The position numbers were made by a program, and so were the translations under genes. From Antedon mediterranea (taxonomy: Eukaryota; Animalia; Echinodermata), in NCBI RefSeq assembly GCF_964355755.1, contig NC_092680.1:13463045-13527044 (forward strand): a stretch of DNA of 64,000 nucleotides, written 5' to 3'. The notes under the pieces are model-generated. The model made no database searches. It was not told the DNA's origin and saw nothing but the letters and a program-made list of their open reading frames with translations. Numbering within the stretch: the stretch's first letter is position 1; every line of letters begins with the position of its first letter. Shown here in pieces: positions 49,356-61,200 of this stretch.

Positions 49356-52300
49356 AAAAAAAAAAAAAAAAAAAAAAAAGATCCTGACAATAACAAGAGG
49401 TTATCCGCCAAGTGCGGATAACCAACTAGATTTGAACTCGTCACTACGGACGAGTTAGGTTATCCGCATCGAAAAATCCACGCGCACGCCACACGTCAGA
49501 ATTTTGCGCGCAGAAAAACGATTATGCCATTGAAAAAAAATTTAGTGCGCTCTCTATTTTGCGTCACGTATAAGTATATACGGTATACGCTATATACTGT
49601 ATAGGTACTACATACAGTGAAGAATATGTGAAAATAAGTGGCCCAAGTTATTGACGCTTTTGGACATGATGACGTAATAAAAATTTCAAAAAATGGTAAA
49701 TCATGCGAAAGATAATTGATTGACCTAGACAATACAAAAAAATGGAAGGCAATGGAATACGGATAAGTGGAGATGCGCTCTATTAAATGTGACGAGCTAC
49801 GAGGAAAGAGACAAAAATCCTATATTTTATATTCGAGTGGCCATACGATGACGTCGCAATGTCCGTTTAGCCATATTGATGCATGATTTGATATCTGCAA
49901 CTCATCTACTACCAGAATATGTAATTATAAAAAAGTTCACCACGTAGTTTAAAATCTATGACTGTTTAAAAAAAGGCATAATTTTGACAAATTTTTGAAC
50001 TTTTTAATAAAAAATGCGCGTAAATTGTTTAATTCTACGTGCTCGCATGACGTGATTTTAAGTCGAAATTGTTTGAAAGTTTGTAAATTTACTAAAAAAA
50101 GACAGGAAAAACAAAAATCAAGCAAAAAAATGATATTTTTGCGCTACATGCGCACGCGCGCGTAAAAAAATTGCGCACGCGTGGGAATTTTTGAAATGCT
50201 CAAAATGACATGAAAGGCGTAGAAAGTTGATTAGAAATTGATTTTTCGCATTTTGAAATTTTAAAAGCGCGTGCGCGCGTAACTTTTTTGAAACAAGCCA
50301 TTTTTAATCCAAAGAAAGTTTGCGCATTATATGACTTAAATTTTCACCAAGTTTCAATTAAAAACGACTTTTAGTTTTTATTCTATGATCAATCATTGAA
50401 ATTCACAAAATCGCGCGTAACTTACGCTGCGCAACTCGAAATTTGAAAAAAAAAGTTTCTTGCACATCTACAGCTACAGGGCAATATTTTGACAAAGTTA
50501 TATAATCATTTGTTAGCCAGAATTAGAGATATGCTTGCAACAAAATTCGGGGAAAGAAAGAAGAAAATAGAAAAAAAAAGAGAAAAATAAAAAAAAAAAA
50601 GATCCTGACAATAACAAGAGGTTATCCGCCAAGTGCGGATAACCAACTAGATTTGAACTCGTCACTACGGACGAGTTAGGTTATCCGCAGAGCAAAAGCC
50701 ACGTGCACGTCACACGTTAGAATATTGCGCGCAGAAAAACGATTATGCCATTGAAAAAAATGTTAGTGCGCCCTCTATTTTGTGTCGCCTCTAAGTATAC
50801 GGTATAACACTATGTACTGAATACGTACTACATACAGTGCAGAATAGGTGAAAATAAGTGACCAAAGTTATTGACGCTTTTGAACATGATGACGTCATCA
50901 CAATTTTAAAAATGGTGAATCGTGCGAAAGATAATTGATTGACCTAGACAATATAAAAAAAATGGGAGAAAATGGAATAGGGATAAGTGGAGTTGCGCTC
51001 TATTTAATGTAACGAGCTATGAAGAAAGAGACAAAAATCCTATATTTTATATTCGAGTGGCCATACGATGACGTCATAAGGTCCGGTTAGCCATATTGAT
51101 GCATGATTCGATATCTGCAACTCATCTACTACCAGAATATGTAATTATAAAAAAGTTCACCACGTAGTTTAGAATCTATGAGAGTTTTAAAAAAAACATA
51201 ATTTTGACAAATTTTTGAACTTTTTCATCAAAAATGCGCGCAAATTGTTTAATTCTACGTGCTCGTATGACGTGATTTTAAGTCGAAATTGATTTAAAAT
51301 TGAAAAATTTACTAGAAAAGGCTGAAAAAACAAAAATCAAGCAAAAAAAAGATGTTTTTGCGCTACGTGCGCACGCGCGCGTAAAAAAAATGCGCAAGCC
51401 TGGGAATTTTTGAAATGCTCAAAATGATATGAAACGCGTAGAAAATTGATTAGAAGTTGATTTTTTGCATTTTGAAATTTTAAACGCACGTGCGCGCGTA
51501 ACTTTCTGTGAAACATGCCATTTTTAATCCATAGAAAGTTTGCGCTTGATATGACTTAAATTTTCACAAAGTTTCAATTTAAAATAACTTTCGGTTTTTA
51601 ATCTATGATCAATCATTTAAATTCATAAAATCGCGCGTAACTTACGCTGCGCAACTCAAAATTCATAAAAAAAAGTTTCTTGCACATCTACAGCTACAGG
51701 GCAATCTTTTGACAAAGTTATACAATCATATGTTGGCCAGAGTTAGAGATACGCTGCGAACAAAATTCGTGGAAAGAAAGAAGAACATAGAAACTAGATT
51801 TGAACTCGTCACTACGGACGAGTTAGGTTATCCGCCTCGCAAAACCCACGCGCATGACACCTAAGTTAGAATATTGCGCGCAGAAAAACGATTATGCCAT
51901 TGAAAAAATGTTAGTGAGCCCTCTATTTTGTGTCGCGTCTAAGTGTGTACGGTATACACTATATACTGTATACGTACTGCATACAGTGCAGAATAGGTGA
52001 AAATAAGTGACCAAAGTTATTGACGCATTTGAACATGATGACGTCATCACAATTTTAAAAATGGTGAATCATGCGAAAGATAATTGATTGATCTAGACAA
52101 TATAAAAAAATTGAGTGAAATGGAATACGGATAAGTGGAGATGCGCTCTATTAAATTTGACGAGCTATGACGAAAGAGAAAAAAATCTTATATTTTATAT
52201 TCGGGTGGCCATACGATGACGTCACAATGTCCGGTTAGCCATATCAATGCATGATTCGAGAAAAACAACTCATCTACTTCCAGAATATGTAATTTTAAAA

Positions 52301-53176
52301 AAGTTCACCACGTAGTTTAGAAGTTATGACAGTTTAAAAAAAGGTCTAATTTTGACGATTTTTTGAAGTTTTTCATCAAAAACACGCGCAAATTATCCAA
52401 TTCTACGTGCTCGTGTGACGTGATTATAAGTCGAAATTGATTGAAAATTTATAAATTTACTAGAAAAGGCTGAAAAAATAAAAATCAAGCAAAAAAAAGA
52501 TGTTTTTGCGCTACGTGCGCACGCGCGCGTAAAAAAATTGCGCACGCGTGGGAATTTTTGAAATGCTCAAAATGACATGAAACGCATAGAAAGTTGATTA
52601 GAAATTGATTTATCGCATTTTGAAATTTTAAACGCGCGTGCGCGCGTAACTTTTTAAAACCATGCCATTTTTAATCCATAGAAAGTTTGCGCATGATATG
52701 ACTTAAATTTTCACCAAGTTTCAATACAAAATGACTTTTGGTTTTTAATCTATGATCAATCATTGAAATTCATAAAATCGAGCGTAACTTACGCTGCGCG
52801 ACTCGAAAATCAAAAAACAAAGTTTCTTGCACATCTACAGATATAGTTCAATCTTATGACAAAGTTATACAATCATTTGTTAGCCAGAATTAGAGATATG
52901 CTTGCAACAAAATTCGTGGAAAGAAAGAAGAAAAAAGAAAAAAAAGAAAAAAAATAAAAAAAAAAAGATCTATGATCAATCATTGAAATTCATAAAATCG
53001 CGCGTAACTTACGCTGCGCGACTCTAAAGTTAAAAAACGAAACGTCCTGCACATCTACAGCTAGAGGTCAATCTTATGACAAAGTTACACAATCTTATAT
53101 TGGCCAGAATTAGAGATACGCTGCGAACAAAATTCCGGGAAAGAAAGAAGAATAAGATAGAAAAAAAAAAAGAAAA
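49356..53176 (-). mobile_element. Orphan A right end, three subfamily A units and a ~210 bp unit fragment
   Basis: Orphan terminus at 49380-49423; left ends at 49426, 50647 and 51794; fragment 52968-53176 joined through an ATC microhomology. Confidence 0.85.
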
Positions 53177-54754
53177 CTAGATTTGAACTCGTCACTTTGA
53201 CGAGTTCGGGTTATCCGCGCAAACGCAACATGCACATACGTTTAAAATATATGAACGCCGATAATTATTATGCCATCCTATGACATGAATTAAATATGTT
53301 TACAGTGCTGAATTGTACCTATTTTGTAGCATACATCATATTACAGTGTTTACAGAATACACTGTATATGTTATATACAGTGAAGCATAGACGGAATTAC
53401 GAGACCCATCTTTTAAATCTAATTATTAACACGATGACATCATCAAATTGACATATAAAAATAACAATTTTAGAAGATAATTATCTAATTAATTACATTA
53501 ATACAAATTTGAAGAATTTTGGGCACGTAAAAGTGAGATGCGCTCTCGTTTAAACGCAATGAACTTTTACGCAAGAGGTGAAAATACGACTTTTTTTATT
53601 CAATTGGCCATATGATGACGTCACAACATCTGATTGGCAAAATGTTCACATGATTTCGTATCTACAATCCAATAGCTTCCAGAAAACGTTTTAATCATGA
53701 TTATCACTTTTTATTCAGACGAGCTATAACAGAGTAAAATTTACTGTAAAGATGAACATAAGTGACCCACGTTATTTACATTTTTAGACATGATGCCGTC
53801 ATAACAATTAACATATTTTTATCTCATGCGAAAGATAATTGATTGACGTAGACAATAATAAAATCTCGGGGGAAATGGAATTCGTATGAGCGAGATGCGC
53901 TTTGTTGAATGTGATGAGCAATAACGCAATAGACAAAAATCCTATATTTTATATTCGAGTGGCCATATGATGATGTCACAATGTCCAGTTAGCCATATTC
54001 ATGCATGATTTGATATCTACAACTCATCTACTTCCAGAATCTGAAATTTTAAAAATGTTCACCACGGAGTTTAGAATCTATGACAGTTTAAAAAAAGGCA
54101 TAATTTTGACAAATTTTTGAACTTTTTCATCAAAAATGCGCACAAATTGTTTAATTCTACGTGCTCGTATGACGTGATTTTAGGTCGAAATTGATTTAAA
54201 ATTGATAAATTTACTAGAAAAGGCTGAAAAAACAAAAATCAAGCAAAAAAAAGATGTTTTTGCGCTATGTGCGCACGCGCGCGTAAAAAAATTGCGCACT
54301 TGTGGGAATTTTTGAAATGCTCAAAATGACATGAAACGCATAGAAAGTTGATTAGAAATTGATTTTTCGCATTTTGAAATTTCAAACGCGCGTGCGCGCG
54401 TAACTTTTTGTTAAACATGCCATTTTTAATCCATAGAAAGTTTGCGCATGATATTACTTAAATTTTCACAAAGTTTCAATACAAAATAACTTTTGGTTTT
54501 TATTCTATGATCAATCATTGAAATTCATAAAATCGCGCGTAACTTACGCTGCGCAACTCTAAATTCATTAAAAAAAGTTTCTTGCACATCTACAGCTACA
54601 GGGCAATCTTTTGACAAAGTTAAACAATTTTATGTTAATCAGAATTAGAGATATGCCACCAACAAAATTCGGGGAAAGAAAGAAGAATAACATAGAAAAA
54701 AAAAAAAAAGATCCTGACAATAACAAGGGGTTATCCGCCAAGTGCGGATAACCA
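53177..54754 (-). mobile_element. Single subfamily C non-autonomous Helentron unit (~1.58 kb)
   Basis: Left end CTAGATTTGAACTCGTCACTTTGACGAGTTCGGGTTATCCGC, a divergent left part with the B-like extra module, and an A-type right half and terminus. Confidence 0.8.
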
Positions 54755-54755
54755 A

Positions 54756-57700
54756 CTAGATTTGAACTCGTCACTACGGACGAGTTAGGTTATCCGCAGT
54801 CCTAAAGCCACGTGCACGTCATACGTTGGAATATTGCGCGCAGAAAAACGATTATGCCATTGAAAAAATGTGAGTGCGCTCTCTATTTTGTGTCACGTCA
54901 AAGTGTATACGGTATACACTATATACCGTATACGTACTACATACAGTTCAGAATAGGTGAAAATAAGTGACCAAAGTTATTGAGGCTTTTGCACATGATG
55001 ACGTCATAACAATTTTTAAAATGGTGAATCATGCGAAAGATAATTGATTGACATAGGCAATATAAAGAAATGGAGGGCAATGGAATACGGATAAGTGGAG
55101 ATGCGCTCTATTAAATGTGATGAGCTATACGAAAGAGAAAAAAATCCTATATTTTATATTCGAGTGGCCATACGATGACGTCACAATGTCCTGATAGCCA
55201 TATTGATACATGATTCGATATCTACAACTCATCTACTACCAGAATATGTAAATATAAAAAAGTTTACGACGTAGTTTAGAATCTATGACTGTTTAAAAAA
55301 AGGCATAATTTTCACAAATTTTTGAACTTTTTCATCAAAATTGCGCGCAAATTGTTTAATTCTACGTGCTCGTATAACGAGATTTTAAGGCAAAATTGAT
55401 TGAAAATTGGTAAATATATTATAAAAGACAGAAAAAACAAAAATCAAGCAAAAAAAAGATGTTTTTGCGCTACGTGCGCACGGGCGCGTAAAAAAAGTGC
55501 GCACGCGTGGGAATTTTTGAAATGCCCAAAATGACATGAAACGCGTAGAAAGTTGATTAGAAATTGATTTTTCGCAATTTGAAATTTTAAACGCGCGTGC
55601 GCGCGTAACTTTTTGTAAAACATGCCATTTTCTCTCCATAGAAAGTTAGCGCATAATATGACTTAAATTTTCACCAAGTTTCTATACAAAATGACTTTTA
55701 GTTTTTATTCTATGATCAATCATTGAAATTCATAAAATCGCGCGTAACTTACGCTGCGCGACTCAAAATTCATAAAAAAAAGTTTCTTGCACATCTACAG
55801 CTACAGGGCAATCTTTTCACAAAGTTATACAACTTTATGTTGGCCAGAATTAGAGATACGCGACCAACAAAATTCGTGGAAAGAAAGAAGAATATAGAAA
55901 AAAAAAAAAAAGAAAAAAAAAAAAAAAGATCCTGACAATAACAAGAGGTTATCCGCCAAGTGCGGATAACCAAAAAAAACTAGATTTGAACTCGTCACTA
56001 CGGACGAGTTAGGTTATCCGCAGCGCAAAAGACACGTGCACCATACGTTAGAATATTGCGCGCAGAAATACGATTACACCATTGAAATAATGTTAGTGCG
56101 CTCTCAATTTTGCGTCACGTCAAAGTATATACGGTATACACTATATTCTGTATACGTACTACATACAGTGCAGAATAGGTGAAAATAAGGAACCAAAGTT
56201 ATTGACGCTTTTGGACATGATGACGTCATCACAATTTAAAAAATGGTAGATTTTGCGAAAGATAATTGATTGACCTAGACAATATAAAGAAATGGAGGGC
56301 AATGGAATACGGATAAGTGGAGATGCGCTCTATTAAATGTGATGAGCTATACGAAAGAGAAAAAATCCTTTATTTTATATTCGAGTGGCCATACGATGAC
56401 GTCACAATGTCCGGTTAGCCATATCGATGCATGATTCGATATCTACAACTCATTATCTTCCAGAATGTGTAATTTAAAAAAAGTTCTCCTCGTAGTTTAC
56501 AATCTATGACAGTTTTAAAAAAAGCATAATTTTCACGAATTTTTTAACTTTTTCATCAAAAACGCGCGCAAATTGTTCAATTCTACGTGCTCGTATGACG
56601 TGATTTTAAGTCGAAATTGATTGAAAATTGGTAAATTTACTAGAAAAGGGTGGAAAAACAAAAATCAAGCAAAAAAAAGATGTTTTTGCGCTACGTGCGC
56701 ACGCGCGCGTAAGAAAAGTGCGCACGCGTGGGAATTTTTGAAATGCTCAAAATGACATGAAACGCGTAGAAAGTTGATTAGAAATTGATTTTTCGCATTT
56801 TGAAATTTTAAACACGCGTGCGCGCGTAACTTTCTTTAAAACATGCCATTTTCTCTCCATAGAAAGTTAGCGCATGATATGACTTAAATTTTCACCAAGT
56901 TTCAATACAAAATGACATAAAGTTTTTATTCTATGATCAATCATTGAAATTCATAAAATCGCGCGTAACTTACGCTGCGCGACTCAAAATTCATAAAAAA
57001 AAGTTTCTTGCACATCTACAGCTACAGGGCAATCTTTTGACAAATTTATACAATCATATGTTGGCCAGAATTAGAGATACGCTGCCAACAAAAAATGGGA
57101 GAGAAGTGTGTAAAGAAAGAAATAAATACTAGATTTGAACTCGTCACTACGGACGAGTTAGGCTATCCGCAGCACGTCATACGTTAGAATATTGCGCGCA
57201 GAAAAACGATTATGCCATTGAAAAAATGTTAGTGCGCTCTCTATTTTGTGTCACCTCAAAGTATATACGGTATACACTATATTCTGTATACGTACTACAT
57301 ACAGTGCAGAATAGGTGAAAATAAGGGACCCAAGTTATTGACGCTTTTGGACATGATGACGTCATCACAATTTAAAAAATGGTATATTATGCGAAAGATA
57401 ATTGATTGGCATAGACAATATAAAAAAATGGGGGGAAATGGAATTCGGATAAGTGGAGATACGCTCTATTAAATGTGATGAGCTTTGACGAAAGAGACAA
57501 AAATCCTATATTTTATATTTGAGTGGCCATACGATGACGTCACTATGTCTTGTTAGCCATATCGATGCATGATTCGATATCTACAAATCATCAACTTCCA
57601 GAATGTGTAATTTAAAAGAAGTTCACCTCGTAGTTTACAATCTATGACTGTTTTAAAAAAGGCAAAATTTTGACGAATTTTTCAACTTTTTCTTCAAAAA

Positions 57701-58259
57701 CGCGCGCAAATTGTTGAATTCTACGTGCTCGTATGACGTGATTTTATGTCGAAATTGATTGAAAATTGGTAAATTTACTAGAAAAGGCTGAAAAAACAAA
57801 AATCAAGCAAAAAAAAGATATTTTTGCGCTACGTGTGCACGCGCGCGTAAAAAAAATGCGCACGCGTGGGAATTTTTGAAATGCTCAAAATGCCCTGAAA
57901 CGCGTAGAAAGTTGATTAGAAATGGATATTTCGCAATTTGAAATTTTAAACGCGCGTGCGCGCGTAACTTTATGTCAAACATGCCATTTTTAATCCATAG
58001 AAAGTTTGCCCTTGATATGACTTAAATGTTCACCAAATGTCATTACAAAATGACTTTTGGTTTTTAGTCTATGTTAAATACGCAAAATTCATAAAATCGC
58101 GCGTAGCTTACGCTGCGCGACTCTAAAGAAAAAAAACGAGCTGTCCTGCACTTCTACAGATAGAGGTAAATCTTCTGACAAAGTTATACGATGTAATGTT
58201 GATCAGAATTTGAGATACACGTGACACAAAATTTTGGGAAAGAAAGAAGAATAACATAG

Positions 58260-58290
<31 letters not shown>

Positions 58291-61200
58291 TCCTGACAAT
58301 AACAAGGGGTTATCCGCCAAGTGCGGATAACCAAAAAAAAAAAAAAACTAGATTTGAACTCGTCACTACGGACGAGTTAGGTTATCCGCAGCGCAAAGGC
58401 CACGTGCACGTCATACGTTAGAATATAGCGCGCAGAAAAACGATTATGCCATTGAGAAAATGTTAGCGCGCTCTCTATTTTGCTTCACGTCAAAGTGTAT
58501 ACGGTATACACTATATACTGTATACGTACTACGTACAGTTCAGAATAGGTGAAAATAAGTGACCAAAGTTATTGACGCTTTTGCACATGATGACGTCATA
58601 ACAATTTTTAAAATGGTGAATCATGTGAAAGATAATTGATTGACCTAGACAATATAAAGAAATGGAGGGCAATGGAATACGGATAAGTGGAGATGCGCTC
58701 TATTAAATGTGATGAGCTATACGAAAGAGAAAAAAATCCTATATTTTATATTCGAGTAGCCATACGATGACGTCACAATGTCCTGTTAGCCATATTGATA
58801 CATGATTCGATATCTACAACTCATCTACTACCAGAATATGTAATTATAAAAAGGTTCACCACGTAGTTTAGAATCTATGACTGTTTAAAAAAGGCATAAT
58901 TTTGACAAATTTTTAGACTTTTTCATCAAAATTGCGCGCAAATTGTTTAATTCTACGTGCTCGTATGACGAGATTTTAAGGCAAAATTGATTGAAAGTTG
59001 ATACATTTATTATAAAAGACAGAAAAAACAAAAATCAAGCAAAAAAAAGATGTTTTTGCGCTACGTGCGCACGTGCGCGTAAGAAAAGTGCGCAAGCGTG
59101 GGAATTTTTGAAATGCTCAAAATGACATGAAACGCGTAGAAAGTTGATTAGAAATTGATTTTTCGCATCTTGAAATTTTAAACGCGCGTGCGCGCGTAAC
59201 TTTTTGCGCAACCTGCCATATTTAATCTACAGAAAGTTTGCGCTTTATATGACTTAAATTTTCACCAAGTTTCAATACAAAATGACTTTTGGTTTTTAAT
59301 CTATGATCAATAATTGAAATTCATAAAATCGCGCGTAACTTACGCTGCGCGACTCGAAATTTGAAAAAAAAAGTTTCTTGCACATCTACAGATATAGGGC
59401 AATCTTTTGAAAAAGTTATACAATCTTCTGTTGGCTAGAATTAGAGATACGCTGCCCACAAAAAATGGGAGAGAAGTGTGGAAAGAAAGAAATAAATACT
59501 AGACTTGAACTCGTCACTTCGGACGAGTTAGGTTATCCGCAGCGCAAAGGCCACGTGCACGTCATACGTTAGAATATTGCGCGCAGAAAAACGATTATGC
59601 CATTGAAAAAATGTTAGTGCGCTCTCTATTTTGTGTCACGTCAAAGTATATACGGTATACGCTATATTCTGTATACGTACTACATACAGTGCAGAATATG
59701 TGAAAATAAGGGACCCAAGTTATTGACGCTTTTAGACATGATGACGTCATCACAACTTAAAAAATGGTAGATTATGCGAAAGATAATTGATTGGTCTAGA
59801 CAATATAACAAAATGGGGGGAAATGGAATACGGATAAGTGGAGATGCGCTCTATTAAATGTGATGCGCTATGACGAAAGAGACAAAAACCCTATATTTGA
59901 TATTCGAGTGGCCATACGATGACGTCACAATGTCCGGTTAGCCATATCGATGCATGATTTGATTTCTAAAACTCATCTACTTCCAGAATCTGAAATTTTA
60001 AAAAAGTTCACCACGGAGTTTAGAATCTATGACTGTTTTAAGAAAGGCATAATTTTGACAAATTTTTGAACTTTTTCATCAAAAACGCGTGCAAATTGTT
60101 CAATTCTACGTGCTCGTATGACGTGATTTTAAGTCGAAATTGATTGAAAATTGGTAAATTTACTAGAAAAAGCTGAAAAAACAAAAATCAAGCAAAAAAA
60201 AGATGTTTCTGCGCTACGTGCGCACGCGCGCGTAAAAAAATTGCGCATGCGTGGGAATTTTTGAAATGCTTAAAATGACCTGAAACGCGTAGAAAGTTGA
60301 TTAGAAATTGATTTTACGCATTTTGAAATTTTAAACGCGCGTGCGCGCGTAACTTTAAAAAAAAGTGCGATTTCCAATCCATAGAAAGTTAGCGCATGAT
60401 ATAAACTACACTTTTGCCAAGTTTCAATTAAAATTGCTTTTTGGTTTTTGATCTATGTTAAATACGCGAAAATCACAAAAACGCGCGTAACTTACGCTGC
60501 GCGACTATAAAGTCAAAAAACGAAACGTCCTGCACATCTACAGCTACAGGTCAATCTTATGAAAAAGTTACACAATCTTTTGTTTGCCAGAATTTGAGAT
60601 ACGCTGCCAACAAAATTCCGGGAAAGAAAGAAGAATAACATAGAAAAAAAAAAAAAAAAAAAAAAAAAAAGATCCTGACAATAACAAGGGGTTATCCGCC
60701 AAGTGCGGATAACCAACTAGATTTGAACTCGTCACTACGGACGAGTTAGGTTATCCGCAGTGCAAAAGCCACGTGCACGTCATATGTTAGAATATTGTGC
60801 GCTAAAAAAAAAATTATCGCATAGAAGAAATGTTAGTGAGCCCTCTATTTTGCGTCACGTCTAAGTATATACGGTATACGCTATATACTGTATACGTACT
60901 ACATACAGTGCAGAATAGGTGAAAATAAGTGACCAAAGTTAATGACGCTTTTGACCATGATGACGTCATAACAATCTTAAAAATTGTTAACCATGTGATA
61001 GATAATTGATTGACCTAGACAATATAAAAAAATTGAGGGAAATGGAATACGGATAAGTGGAGATGCGCTCTATTAAATGTGACGAGCTATGACGAAAGAG
61101 AAAAAAATCCTATATTTTTTATTCGAGTGGCCATACAATGACGTCATAATATTCAGTTAGCCATATTAATGCAAGATTCGATAAAGACAACTCATCTACT

